Below are positions 1-8,416 of a stretch of 64,000 nt of DNA, one piece after another. The translations under genes were made by a program, and so were the position numbers. The notes under the pieces were generated by a model. The model was not told the DNA's origin and ran no database searches. It saw only the letters and a list, made by a program, of their open reading frames with translations. Position 1 is the stretch's first letter. Each line of letters starts with the position of its first letter. Origin of the DNA: Candidatus Omnitrophota bacterium (GTDB lineage: Bacteria > Omnitrophota > Gorgyraeia > Zapsychrales > Fredricksoniimonadaceae). The DNA is taken from positions 4,049 to 68,048 of the forward strand of contig CAIOTT010000022.1 of NCBI GenBank assembly GCA_903861305.1. The letters are read 5' to 3'.

Positions 1-306
1 GTTGAGCGTGACTCGCACAAAGAAACTAGTCCCTTCGCGTTCCAACGGGACCACGAGGCGCCCGTCCGCCATGGTCACGCTGGAGGAGCTGTGGCGGGAA
101 GATTCCCGCATCAGATTCTTGTTTGTCTGGTTCGCGGTCTGCCCGGCCATGGACGTGCCCGTATAAACCACGCCGCCAACGGCTTTTGCAGCGGTCCAGC
201 CCGCCTTGCCGACGACCCCCGCGGCTTCCCCGCTCGCTTCAAGGAAAGAGCACCCGCAACAGGAAATAAAAAGCCCTGATAAAATCAATAAATGAACGGC
301 CCTCAT
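1..306 (-). CDS. Putative lipoprotein, 5' part only (gene runs off the left edge); possibly retropepsin-like aspartic protease family
   Basis: Not in the supplied track because its stop lies outside the window. Hand translation of the reverse strand from ATG (cat at 304-306) gives 102 stop-free codons: MRAVHLLILSGLFISCCGCSFLEASGEAAG...SVTMADGRLVVPLEREGTSFFVRVTLN. The N-terminus is signal-peptide-like with a Cys cluster. The ATG sits 2 nt after the uvrB stop. The family guess is from memory only. Confidence 0.4.
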   Translation of the reverse strand, partial: MRAVHLLILSGLFISCCGCSFLEASGEAAGVVGKAGWTAAKAVGGVVYTGTSMAGQTANQTNKNLMRESSRHSSSSVTMADGRLVVPLEREGTSFFVRVTLN

Positions 307-308
307 AT

Positions 309-2282
309 TCAATGGACTCCCTTGCCTTTTAATTCCATGATCAGGTCTCGCAGCTTCGCGGCTTTCTCGAACTCCAGGTTGCGCGCCGCAAGGTCCATCC
401 GGCGTTCAAGCTCCGCCACCTCCTGCCCCTGGTCATAGGCTTCTTTTGCCTGGCCTGTCACTTCACGCACGAACTCCTCGACCTCGGCCCAGGCCTCGAT
501 GCCGGTCTTGATGGCTTTGTCAATGGTCCGCGGTGTGATCCCGTGCTGCTGATTATACGCGACCTGGATCTTCCGGCGGCGTTCACATTCGCTGATGGTC
601 ACTCGCATGGCGTCAGAGACCGTGTCCGCGTACATGATCACGATACCGCTGACATTGCGCGCCGCGCGGCCCGCGGTCTGGATGAGCGATGTCTGCGAGC
701 GCAGGAACCCCTGCTTGTCCGCGTCAAAGATCGCGACGAGCGACACCTCAGGAAGGTCAAGCCCCTCGCGCAGGAGGTTCACACCGACAATGCAGTCATA
801 TTTCTTAAGGCGGAGGTCCTGCAATATCTTCGTCCGTTCAATGGTCTCGATGTCGGAATGTAAATACTTTACGCTCAATCCCTGTTCCTGAAGGTAGGCA
901 GACAGGTCTTCCGACATCCGTTTGGTGAGCGTCGTGATCAAGACCCGTTCCTTCTTCAGGACCCGCGCCTTGACCTCGCGCACCACATCATCCACCTGGC
1001 CGGCGGTCGGACGCACCTCAATATGGGGGTCCGGGATACCCGTGGGGCGGATGACCTGTTCAACGACCCTCCCTCCGGCCTCCCTGATCTCGAATGGCGA
1101 CGGCGTCGCCGACACATAGATCTTTTGCCCTGTCACGGACTGGAATTCCTCAAAGCGCAGGGGCCTGTTATCAAGGCAGGATGGCAGGCGAAAACCATGC
1201 TGCACCAGCATTTCCTTGCGTGCGCGGTCGCCCTCATACATGCCGCGGATCTGGGGGCATGTCACATGCGACTCATCGATGACAACCAGAAGGTCTTTGG
1301 GAAAATAATCAATAAGGCATGACGGCCTCGCCCCGGGGGGACGATCAGCAAGGACGCGGGAATAATTTTCGATGCCGTTGCAATAACCCATTTCACGCAT
1401 CATTTCCAGGTCATATTTTGTCCGTGAACCCAGGCGCTGGGCTTCCAGCAGCTTCCCCTGCGCGGTCAGTTCCGCCACGCGCGCGGCCATTTCACGCTCG
1501 ATCTCGGCCAGGGCCTTCTCCATCTTCGGCTGCGCAACGACGAAGTGCTTGGCGGGGAAGACCGCGGCCTGGTCCAGTTCCTGTTGGACCTCCCCGGTCA
1601 ACGCATCCACCTGGCGTATACGCTCGATCTCATCGTCAAAAAACTCAATCCGCAGAACGTCCTGGCGATAAGCCGGGAAGACCTCGACGATGTCGCCCCG
1701 CACGCGGATCCTGCCGCGCGCGAGATCATGATCATTGCGCTCATACTGGATATCGAGGAGCCGCCGCAGGACATCATCGCGCTCAACCCTGTCCCCGCGC
1801 TTGAAACACACCAGGCTGTTCTGGTAATCCTCGGGCGAGCCAAGGTTGTAAATGCACGAAACACTCGCCACAATGATGACATCACGGCGCGACATGAGCG
1901 ATGTCGTGGCCGCCAGCCGCAGGCGGTCAAGCCTGTCATTGATCGAGGCGTCTTTCTCGATATAAACATCCGTCGACGGAATATACGCTTCCGGCTGGTA
2001 ATAATCGTAATAGCTCACAAAATACTCGACCGCGTTGGACGGGAAGAATTCCTTGAACTCGCCGTAAAGCTGGGCCGCGAGGGTCTTGTTGTGGGAGATC
2101 ACAAGGGTTGGCCGGTTACTGCGGGCGATCACGTTAGCCAAGGTGAACGTCTTGCCGCTGCCCGTGACCCCCAGCAGGACTTGCGCGCGTTCTCCCGCCG
2201 CAACTCCTGCCGTAAGCGTGTCCGCCGCTTTTTTCTGGTCTGGTATTAGTTCAAACGAAGACTGCAGTTGGAATGACGCCAT
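309..2282 (-). CDS. uvrB: Excinuclease ABC subunit B (UvrB)
   Basis: Track ORF 309..2420. The UvrB-like sequence begins at Met47 (MASFQLQSSFELIPDQKKA; ATG checked as cat at 2280-2282). The upstream 46 codons overlap the MazG-like gene and look like read-through. Walker A GVTGSGKTFT, helicase motifs, C-terminal UVR motif LEFEKAAKLRD. Confidence 0.95.
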   Translation of the reverse strand: MASFQLQSSFELIPDQKKAADTLTAGVAAGERAQVLLGVTGSGKTFTLANVIARSNRPTLVISHNKTLAAQLYGEFKEFFPSNAVEYFVSYYDYYQPEAYIPSTDVYIEKDASINDRLDRLRLAATTSLMSRRDVIIVASVSCIYNLGSPEDYQNSLVCFKRGDRVERDDVLRRLLDIQYERNDHDLARGRIRVRGDIVEVFPAYRQDVLRIEFFDDEIERIRQVDALTGEVQQELDQAAVFPAKHFVVAQPKMEKALAEIEREMAARVAELTAQGKLLEAQRLGSRTKYDLEMMREMGYCNGIENYSRVLADRPPGARPSCLIDYFPKDLLVVIDESHVTCPQIRGMYEGDRARKEMLVQHGFRLPSCLDNRPLRFEEFQSVTGQKIYVSATPSPFEIREAGGRVVEQVIRPTGIPDPHIEVRPTAGQVDDVVREVKARVLKKERVLITTLTKRMSEDLSAYLQEQGLSVKYLHSDIETIERTKILQDLRLKKYDCIVGVNLLREGLDLPEVSLVAIFDADKQGFLRSQTSLIQTAGRAARNVSGIVIMYADTVSDAMRVTISECERRRKIQVAYNQQHGITPRTIDKAIKTGIEAWAEVEEFVREVTGQAKEAYDQGQEVAELERRMDLAARNLEFEKAAKLRDLIMELKGKGVH

Positions 2283-2319
2283 AAAGATCACACCACTTGG
2301 CCCGGGACTTGAGCGATCC

Positions 2320-2619
2320 TCAGCAGATCTTCCCGTGCTTGTAGGGGCGCAGCTTGTTCTTGTCGCACTTCTTGAGGATCTCGGCCTCAATGTCAACACC
2401 CATCCCGCCGCACAGGTCAAAAAGGCGGATGAAGGTGTCCGCCAACTCTTCTTTAAAATTTTCGTCGTCCTGCTTGCGGTGCGCTTCCATGGCCTCGGCC
2501 AGTTCGGTGACGACCAGCATCAGCGCCTCACCCGTGTTGCGGGGCTTGTCCCAGAAACCCTTGGACTTGGCGATCGCATGGCAAAGGTCGGTCATCTCTT
2601 TGATCGTGGGCGCGCTCAT
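2320..2619 (-). CDS. MazG-like nucleoside triphosphate pyrophosphohydrolase (small all-alpha type)
   Basis: 99-aa ORF. The helices EALMLVVTELAEAMEAHR and ELADTFIRLFDL resemble the paired acidic helices of the MazG family. 37-nt gap to uvrB. Confidence 0.7.
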   Translation of the reverse strand: MSAPTIKEMTDLCHAIAKSKGFWDKPRNTGEALMLVVTELAEAMEAHRKQDDENFKEELADTFIRLFDLCGGMGVDIEAEILKKCDKNKLRPYKHGKIC

Positions 2620-2648
2620 GGTTGGTTCCTTTCCGAGGCCGGAAAATA

Positions 2649-3368
2649 TTATTTCAGGTAACGTTCCAGAAAATTCATCATGTCAGCCGACAGCTTGGCT
2701 TCCACCTTGACATCCTTGCCTGTAAAAGGATGCTTGAAAGATATTTCCGCCGCGTGCAGGGCTGTTCGCTTGAACTTAAGGTCATAGTCCTTGCGGAAAA
2801 TGTATTTGTTCTCACCGACGATCGGGTTGCCGATCCCCTTGAAATGAAGGCGCAGCTGGTTGGTCCGCCCGGTGATCGGCTCCGCCTCGACGATGGTGAA
2901 CTGCTTGCGGAACTCAAGGACCTTGTATTTCGTGAAAGCGTCCTTGGCCCCCGCGTCGGGCAGGAATTTATCCGCGAACGCGTCCTTGACGGGAAGGCTG
3001 ATGGTCCCCGCCGGGCGGGTGACCCTGCCATGCACGAACACGATATATTTCTTGTGGACCAGTCGCTTATGGAACAACCCCATCAGCGCCTGCTGGCTGG
3101 CCTTGCCCTTGGCAAAAAAGATCACGCCTGAAGTTTCCCGGTCAAGCCGGTGGCAGGGATGCAGCTTCGCCCCCGGGACCCCGTTGACCTCCTCCCGGTA
3201 GAACGCGTTCACCTCATCCTCCAGGCACTGTTCTTTCTCCTGACGGGCAGCGGCGGACACGCTCAACAGGCCGGCGGGTTTGTAGAACGCCATAAAATGC
3301 TCGTCCTCGTATAAGACCTTGACGGGTTTTCCCGACGTATACCGCTTAGACATGGGGGTCCTCTTCAT
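2649..3368 (-). CDS. RluA-family pseudouridine synthase
   Basis: HRLDRETSGVIFFAKG catalytic-Asp motif. Length about 235 aa, no S4 domain. Start is either ATG 3368 (MKRTPMSK) or ATG 3353 (MSKRYTSG). Confidence 0.9.
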   Translation of the reverse strand: MKRTPMSKRYTSGKPVKVLYEDEHFMAFYKPAGLLSVSAAARQEKEQCLEDEVNAFYREEVNGVPGAKLHPCHRLDRETSGVIFFAKGKASQQALMGLFHKRLVHKKYIVFVHGRVTRPAGTISLPVKDAFADKFLPDAGAKDAFTKYKVLEFRKQFTIVEAEPITGRTNQLRLHFKGIGNPIVGENKYIFRKDYDLKFKRTALHAAEISFKHPFTGKDVKVEAKLSADMMNFLERYLK

Positions 3369-3513
3369 CCGCGCCGAAGCGCTCCTGCAAGAGCCGCGTC
3401 AGCCGGTTGAGCTTCACAATGATGATCACGGGGAAAACGATCAGCCACATCTGAAAAAGGAGGGCCAGAAATACCTGCGCGGAAGTGACCGAAATATTGA
3501 ACGAATTTTCCAT
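3346..3513 (-). CDS. Hypothetical 55-aa single-pass membrane peptide (below the track cutoff)
   Basis: Hand translation: MENSFNISVTSAQVFLALLFQMWLIVFPVIIIVKLNRLTRLLQERFGADEEDPHV*. A GAGGA Shine-Dalgarno sits 4 nt upstream of the ATG (cat 3511-3513). One hydrophobic helix followed by a basic/acidic tail. The stop overlaps the rluA-family start region. Confidence 0.35.
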   Translation of the reverse strand: MENSFNISVTSAQVFLALLFQMWLIVFPVIIIVKLNRLTRLLQERFGADEEDPHV

Positions 3514-3549
3514 ATTATCCTCGAATAGCTTTGAAGGGGATCAGCCCAC

Positions 3550-3954
3550 TTAATTCTGACGAGCCTGTGTTTCCCTGCCGGCAAGGATACTGTCAACAAA
3601 ATCAGCGAGGATGCCGCTGTCCCGGGGATGGATATCATTAAAGAATATGGCGGTGTTGAATGCGTCTTCACCAGGAATGTTCTCCGTGCGGACCACAACA
3701 CCGCCACATGTGATCTTTTTCGTCGCACCCCTGCCCGCTTTTTTCATGGGCAGCAGCAAAATGATCTGCAGCTTCATCATGGGCTCAAGGAATTCGTTGA
3801 CCCGGCAATAAACACCCGAGCAGCTTATATTCTTGCTCTCGGTAACAAGATCAGCTTTCGGCCCGCAGATCTTCAACGGGATATTGTTGTCAACACGCGG
3901 ATAACGACGCTGTTCTTTCGATGAATTACCGTTCACGCTTTCTCCTTGCTTCAC
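3550..3954 (-). CDS. PilZ domain protein (c-di-GMP receptor family)
   Basis: RxxxR motif (QRRYPRV) and D/NxSxxG motif (NISCSGV) with correct spacing. 4-nt overlap with the upstream PilZ gene. Confidence 0.8.
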   Translation of the reverse strand: MKQGESVNGNSSKEQRRYPRVDNNIPLKICGPKADLVTESKNISCSGVYCRVNEFLEPMMKLQIILLLPMKKAGRGATKKITCGGVVVRTENIPGEDAFNTAIFFNDIHPRDSGILADFVDSILAGRETQARQN

Positions 3955-4295
3955 ATGGACCTCACATAACTGCCGATCGTCCCGCGCTGGGAAACAGCCT
4001 CGTCATTGAACTGCAGCCCCAGCTGGTAAACTTCCGCCATGGGATTATACCGCACCCAGACCACGCGGCCTTCAACCTCCACGATCTTTGCGCAATCCTC
4101 AAGCTGTATCCTGACGGCCACCTTGGTGCCGATCGGGAAGAATTCAGAAGAAATGAACCTTACCCCGCCCTGGCTCAAGTCCTGGGCGACATAATCAAAA
4201 CAATTATCACTGGCAACAGTATGGAACCTCAGGGGCCGCTTGAACGGAACACGAATGTATTGCCTGCTGTCCACGCTCCTGGAGACTGTGTCCAT
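3951..4295 (-). CDS. PilZ domain protein (c-di-GMP receptor family)
   Basis: RQYIRV (RxxxR) and DLSQGGV (DxSxxG) motifs. 114 aa, single domain. Confidence 0.8.
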   Translation of the reverse strand: MDTVSRSVDSRQYIRVPFKRPLRFHTVASDNCFDYVAQDLSQGGVRFISSEFFPIGTKVAVRIQLEDCAKIVEVEGRVVWVRYNPMAEVYQLGLQFNDEAVSQRGTIGSYVRSM

Positions 4296-4334
4296 AACTT
4301 TTTCCTTTTATGTTAAATAATTATAACACAGAAG

Positions 4335-4366
4335 AAAATCGTCCATAGCAACTTTTAGACGATTTT
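4335..4366. promoter_or_regulatory. Perfect 9-bp inverted repeat AAAATCGTC-N14-GACGATTTT in a divergent intergenic region (candidate operator)
   Basis: Read directly: aaaatcgtc at 4335-4343 and gacgatttt at 4358-4366. It lies between the divergent starts of PilZ (4295, minus) and the ExeA-like gene (4394/4403, plus), so it cannot be a terminator. Confidence 0.3.
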
Positions 4367-4393
4367 TAACCTTCGCTGCCTTCCTGTTATATA

Positions 4394-5212
4394 ATGTTTT
4401 TCATGTACAAACAGTTCTACGGCTTCAAAGAGAACGCTTTTAATATCACCTCAGACCCGGCCTTCTATTTCGAAAGCGACCAGCATAAGGAAGCCTACGC
4501 GCACCTTCTTTACGGCATCAAGAACCGCAAAGGCATCATTTCCATGACCGGCGAGGTCGGTACCGGAAAAACCACCCTTTGCCGCATCCTTCTTAACCAG
4601 ATAGACGAAAAGATCAAGACCGCCTTCATCCTTAACCCCAGCTTCTCACAGATACAGCTCCTGCAGCTCATCACCAAAGACCTGGGGATCCCGCTGCCGG
4701 CAAGGACGACCAACAAGCTTGACCTCATCAACACCCTTAACCAGTTCCTGATCGATGAAACATCCAAAGGGCATAACGTGGCCGTCATCATTGATGAGGC
4801 GCAAAACCTCAATATCCACCAGCTTGAACAGATCCGCCTGCTCTCCAATCTTGAAACGGAAAAAGACAAGCTCCTGCAGATCATCCTGGTCGGCCAACCG
4901 GAGCTCCTTGACAAGCTTAAGAAACCATCCCTGCGCCAACTCAACTCACGCGTCGGCGTGCGTTACCATATCCAGCCGCTCGCGCGGGACGAGGTAAAAA
5001 AATATATACGCCACCGGCTGGCCATAGCCGGGGCGCCGCCCGGACTGGAATTCACCGACACGGCCATTAACGAAGTTTTCAATGCCTCCAAAGGGACCCC
5101 GCGGATCATCAACATCCTCTGCGAACACGCGCTATTAGCCGGATTCGTAAATGAAACCATGACCATCAACGACGAGATCATCAAAAGCGCGGCCCGGGAG
5201 GCTTTGGGGTAA
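4394..5212 (+). CDS. ExeA/GspA/MshM-like AAA ATPase (secretin/pilus assembly-associated family), lacks a peptidoglycan-binding C-terminus
   Basis: N-terminus (MFF)MYKQFYGFKENAFNITSDPAFYFESDQHKEA and Walker A TGEVGTGKTTL, Walker B VAVIIDEAQNL. The start may be the second ATG at 4403. Confidence 0.85.
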   Translation: MFFMYKQFYGFKENAFNITSDPAFYFESDQHKEAYAHLLYGIKNRKGIISMTGEVGTGKTTLCRILLNQIDEKIKTAFILNPSFSQIQLLQLITKDLGIPLPARTTNKLDLINTLNQFLIDETSKGHNVAVIIDEAQNLNIHQLEQIRLLSNLETEKDKLLQIILVGQPELLDKLKKPSLRQLNSRVGVRYHIQPLARDEVKKYIRHRLAIAGAPPGLEFTDTAINEVFNASKGTPRIINILCEHALLAGFVNETMTINDEIIKSAAREALG

Positions 5213-5213
5213 C

Positions 5214-5813
5214 ATGAGCATCATCCACGACGCTTTGAAAAAAGTCCAGCAATCCAGGCCCGAGAATATGCCAGGGCCCGCAGTGTCAGCACCGGTCCAA
5301 CCTCGAACGCCGGATCATGCCAATGTTACAGACAAAATAAATATCCCTCTTCTGGTGGCCGCTATTTGCGCCGCTATCGCCATGCTTTTTGCGGCGCTGC
5401 CGCATGTCGCTGCACGAAAGCCCGCCGCCATCATTGAGACGGCCAAACCCAGTATCATGCCGCAACCCGCGCCCAAGACCCAGCCCCAGACAGTCATGCC
5501 GTTCTTCCCTTCGGCGCGCACCCTGGCCAAAGCCCTGGCGGGTGCCGTGGCCGTGCCTACGGTCCCATCCGGGGCTCAGGACGTATCCGTCAAGGAACCG
5601 CCGCCCCGTAACCCCATAGACCCGAATGATCCATTGGGAAGCCTTCAGATCGAGGGTGTGCTGGAAAGAGGCGGGAAGAAGACCGTGCTGATCAACGGCA
5701 ATATCTACGAGGAAGGCCAGACCATCTACGGCCGGATCATCATGCAGATCTCATTCGACGAGCTGACCGTTATCGAGAACGGCCGCAAACGCGTCCTGCG
5801 GATCAAACCCTGA
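5214..5813 (+). CDS. GspB/ExeB-like membrane protein (partner of the ExeA-like ATPase)
   Basis: Starts 2 nt after the ExeA-like stop. N-terminus MSIIHDALKKVQQ, then one TM helix (LLVAAICAAIAMLFAAL), a Pro-rich linker and a C-terminal beta-rich segment (KKTVLINGNIYEEGQTIYG). The family call is from pattern memory. Confidence 0.5.
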   Translation: MSIIHDALKKVQQSRPENMPGPAVSAPVQPRTPDHANVTDKINIPLLVAAICAAIAMLFAALPHVAARKPAAIIETAKPSIMPQPAPKTQPQTVMPFFPSARTLAKALAGAVAVPTVPSGAQDVSVKEPPPRNPIDPNDPLGSLQIEGVLERGGKKTVLINGNIYEEGQTIYGRIIMQISFDELTVIENGRKRVLRIKP

Positions 5814-6900
5814 TAAGCCCTTTGACAATACCGGCAACAAATTCCTGGGGAACGGCTCCAGCAATGACAGCGCGCCCGATGCCCCGCGCCAGGACAAAAC
5901 GGATCTTCCCGCCCTCGAACTTCTTGTCGAACCTCATCGCTTCCAGGACCTTGCCCAGCGTCGCGCCGCGGATCTCCTGAGGAAGGCCGATCCCTGAAAG
6001 GAGCATTTCAACGCGCAACGCATCCCGCGCCGGCAAAAGCTGCGCGGCGACCGACATGCGGCACGCCACGCGCATGCCCAGGGCCACAGCTTCGCCGTGG
6101 TTATAGCGCCGATACCCGCAAGCCGTCTCGACCGCGTGACCCGCGGTATGCCCGAAATTCAAGATCGTGCGGATACCTTTGGTTTCCTTTTCATCCTCCG
6201 CAACGACGCCGGCCTTGATGGCCGCGCACGCAAGGACCACCCGCGTCAGCGCGGCCCGGTCACGGCCCATGAGGGGGGTAACGTTAGCTTCCAGAAAATC
6301 GAAAAGTTTTGCATCCGCGATGACACCATATTTGACCGCTTCCGCAAGTCCGTTGCGCAATTGACGGTCTGACAGCGAAGAAAGAAGTGCGACATCCGCC
6401 CAAACAAGCTTCGGCTGGTAGAACGCGCCGACAAGGTTTTTTCCCTCAGGAAGGTCCACCGCGACTTTACCGCCGATGGCGGAATCGATCTGCGCCAGCA
6501 ACGTCGTTGGCACCTGTACAAAAGGTATCCCCCGTTTGTACACAGCAGCCACAAAACCCGCCAGGTCACCCACCACGCCGCCGCCAAGTGCGACAATAAA
6601 GGGGCGTTTATCCGCCGCGTAGCGGGTGATCTCCTTGATAAGGCCTACCGCGACAGCAATGCTCTTGCTGCGCTCTGAATCCGCGACCTCAAGGACCTTG
6701 ACCGTGAATCCGGCCTTCAACAACCCCTTGGTCAATGCCGCGCCGTAAAGCCCGCGGACCAAAGGATTGGTGACGATCACGGCATCGGTGCCGAGCCCCT
6801 GCCTTTTTACCGCGGCAGGGAATTTGTCAAGGATGCCATGGCCCACGACGATCGGATACGGTGCATCTTTAAGCGCTACCTGAACTGTTTGCATCATCAC
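5803..6900 (-). CDS. aroB: 3-dehydroquinate synthase
   Basis: GGGVVGDLAGFVAAVYKRGIPFVQVPTTLLAQIDSAIGGKVAVD and the metal-binding His region NFGHTAGHAVE. Confidence 0.92.
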   Translation of the reverse strand: MMMQTVQVALKDAPYPIVVGHGILDKFPAAVKRQGLGTDAVIVTNPLVRGLYGAALTKGLLKAGFTVKVLEVADSERSKSIAVAVGLIKEITRYAADKRPFIVALGGGVVGDLAGFVAAVYKRGIPFVQVPTTLLAQIDSAIGGKVAVDLPEGKNLVGAFYQPKLVWADVALLSSLSDRQLRNGLAEAVKYGVIADAKLFDFLEANVTPLMGRDRAALTRVVLACAAIKAGVVAEDEKETKGIRTILNFGHTAGHAVETACGYRRYNHGEAVALGMRVACRMSVAAQLLPARDALRVEMLLSGIGLPQEIRGATLGKVLEAMRFDKKFEGGKIRFVLARGIGRAVIAGAVPQEFVAGIVKGLIRV

Positions 6901-7520
6901 ACCCCCATCCAGTGTGCTATGTAAAAAATGAACCGGTCAAGGAAATTTAGCCACCCCATATTGAGCATCACAAAAACAAGGACCACACCGACAAAATTAT
7001 CCAGGCGATTGACGTACACCAGCATCCGCCGCGGAAGGATGGCATAAAGGATCCCCGATCCGTCCAGCGGTGGGACAGGGACCATGTTGAACACCGCCAG
7101 TCCCAGGTTCAAAAGGACAGCTGTCGCAAAGACCTCCTGCCCAAGGGGGTTATGGACAAAAACCAGCGCTTTCGCGAACACGAACGCGATCATCACGTTC
7201 ATCAACGGCCCTGCAAGGCGCACGAGCATGATATCGCGCCGGGGATGGCGCAGATTGTTGGGATCGAACGGGACCGGCTTGGCGAACCCAAAAATGATCG
7301 GGCTCCTGGTCCACCCCAGCGCGTAGGGCAGGTACAGCATCAGCGGCACAAGGACAGTTCCAAAGGGGTCGATATGCTTGAGAGGATTAAGGGTCAAGCG
7401 TCCCATATTCCGGGCCGTCCTGTCCCCCAGCTTATCCGCGGACCAGGCATGCGCGTACTCATGCAGGACGATGGCAGGCACGACAACACAAATAAAGATC
7501 AACGGAATGATTATCATCAA
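6897..7520 (-). CDS. Peptidase M50 / site-2 protease family membrane metalloprotease
   Basis: HEYAHA (HExxH) inside the first hydrophobic helix, several further TM segments. 4-nt ATGA-type overlaps on both sides. Confidence 0.85.
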   Translation of the reverse strand: MMIIIPLIFICVVVPAIVLHEYAHAWSADKLGDRTARNMGRLTLNPLKHIDPFGTVLVPLMLYLPYALGWTRSPIIFGFAKPVPFDPNNLRHPRRDIMLVRLAGPLMNVMIAFVFAKALVFVHNPLGQEVFATAVLLNLGLAVFNMVPVPPLDGSGILYAILPRRMLVYVNRLDNFVGVVLVFVMLNMGWLNFLDRFIFYIAHWMGV

Positions 7521-8383
7521 AGGGAAAGCTTGATCCGGGTAACAGCCAATGTCACGGCGTCACGCGCGGGTTCATCCTTGGGAGTGCCGCGGACAACAAC
7601 CCTGGCCCCAATAAAACCGTCCAGGAACGCATGGTCTCCAACAAGAAAGACCAGGTGTTCCTCCCCTTTGGGACCAACCGTCAATTTATATCCGTCAAGC
7701 CCATCCTGTGGGATGGTGGCCTTGACCAGGACCCCTTGGGCCTCATACTGGCCGTCAGCAACAGGCGTCAATGCCGCGAACCTCGCCGCGTGCTTGCGCT
7801 GAGCATCCTCTTTATCCGCATTGGCCCTTGCCGCCGCATCCGAAGGGTCAGCGAAAGGCCGGGATGGGACCTGGGAACTTTTGAATTCCAGGAAATCTTC
7901 ACGGATCCAGCCATTGGCCTTGGCCAGCGGACGTATCCACAACCAGTCATTCTTGTTCTCTTTGATGAAAAACTGGTCGCCACGAACAAGTTGCCCGACA
8001 ATAGCCGCCCCGGTATTCGCCCGCGCGCGGATATTCACACGGTCACCGGTGACCTGCCCGACATCAACAGCCAACAGCTTGACGTAATCCATCTTCACGA
8101 ACATCGACGCGCCCTCCGGGAGACGGACCTTGTACCAGGAATACTGCTTCCCAACGACAATAAGGTCATCCCCCTTATGGACAACGCCCAACGATTCATA
8201 ATTATTGCTTTGCCCGGCGCGGATATTGACATGATCGGCCGTGATCCGGCCCACGAAGGGGATTTTGGGCGACGTCGTGACGGGCTCTGCTTGGGCGAAA
8301 AGAGGAAGGCAGAAGATAAAACACACGGAAACAACTGCGACCAACGGACGTGTGGACATAATTTGCCAGGCCCTAACCCGCAT
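7517..8383 (-). CDS. Secreted protein with two bacterial SH3 (SH3b) domains
   Basis: Signal peptide (MSTRPLVAVVSVCFIFCLPLFAQA). Two repeats of the V-N-I-R-A...G...W-Y/W-K/I-R pattern (ADHVNIRAGQSNNYE...YSWYKVRL; GDRVNIRARANTG...NDWLWIRP). The start may be Met9 at 8359. Confidence 0.7.
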   Translation of the reverse strand: MRVRAWQIMSTRPLVAVVSVCFIFCLPLFAQAEPVTTSPKIPFVGRITADHVNIRAGQSNNYESLGVVHKGDDLIVVGKQYSWYKVRLPEGASMFVKMDYVKLLAVDVGQVTGDRVNIRARANTGAAIVGQLVRGDQFFIKENKNDWLWIRPLAKANGWIREDFLEFKSSQVPSRPFADPSDAAARANADKEDAQRKHAARFAALTPVADGQYEAQGVLVKATIPQDGLDGYKLTVGPKGEEHLVFLVGDHAFLDGFIGARVVVRGTPKDEPARDAVTLAVTRIKLSL

Positions 8384-8416
8384 CTTGAACAGGAAAATAA
8401 AATACGCCGTGTTCGC

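Noticed and set aside
91-279. 62-aa plus-strand ORF at the left edge.
   Set aside because: The opposite strand carries a 102-codon stop-free frame with a signal peptide, starting 2 nt after uvrB. That frame is the better explanation.
2283-2420. N-terminal extensions of the track ORFs for uvrB (2283-2420), thiE (15623-15817), gmhA (17050-17139), accC (20418-20459) and pilT (30114-30167).
   Set aside because: The extensions overlap the preceding gene, lack homology-like sequence and precede canonical family N-termini that begin at verified ATGs. Some track starts are TTG.
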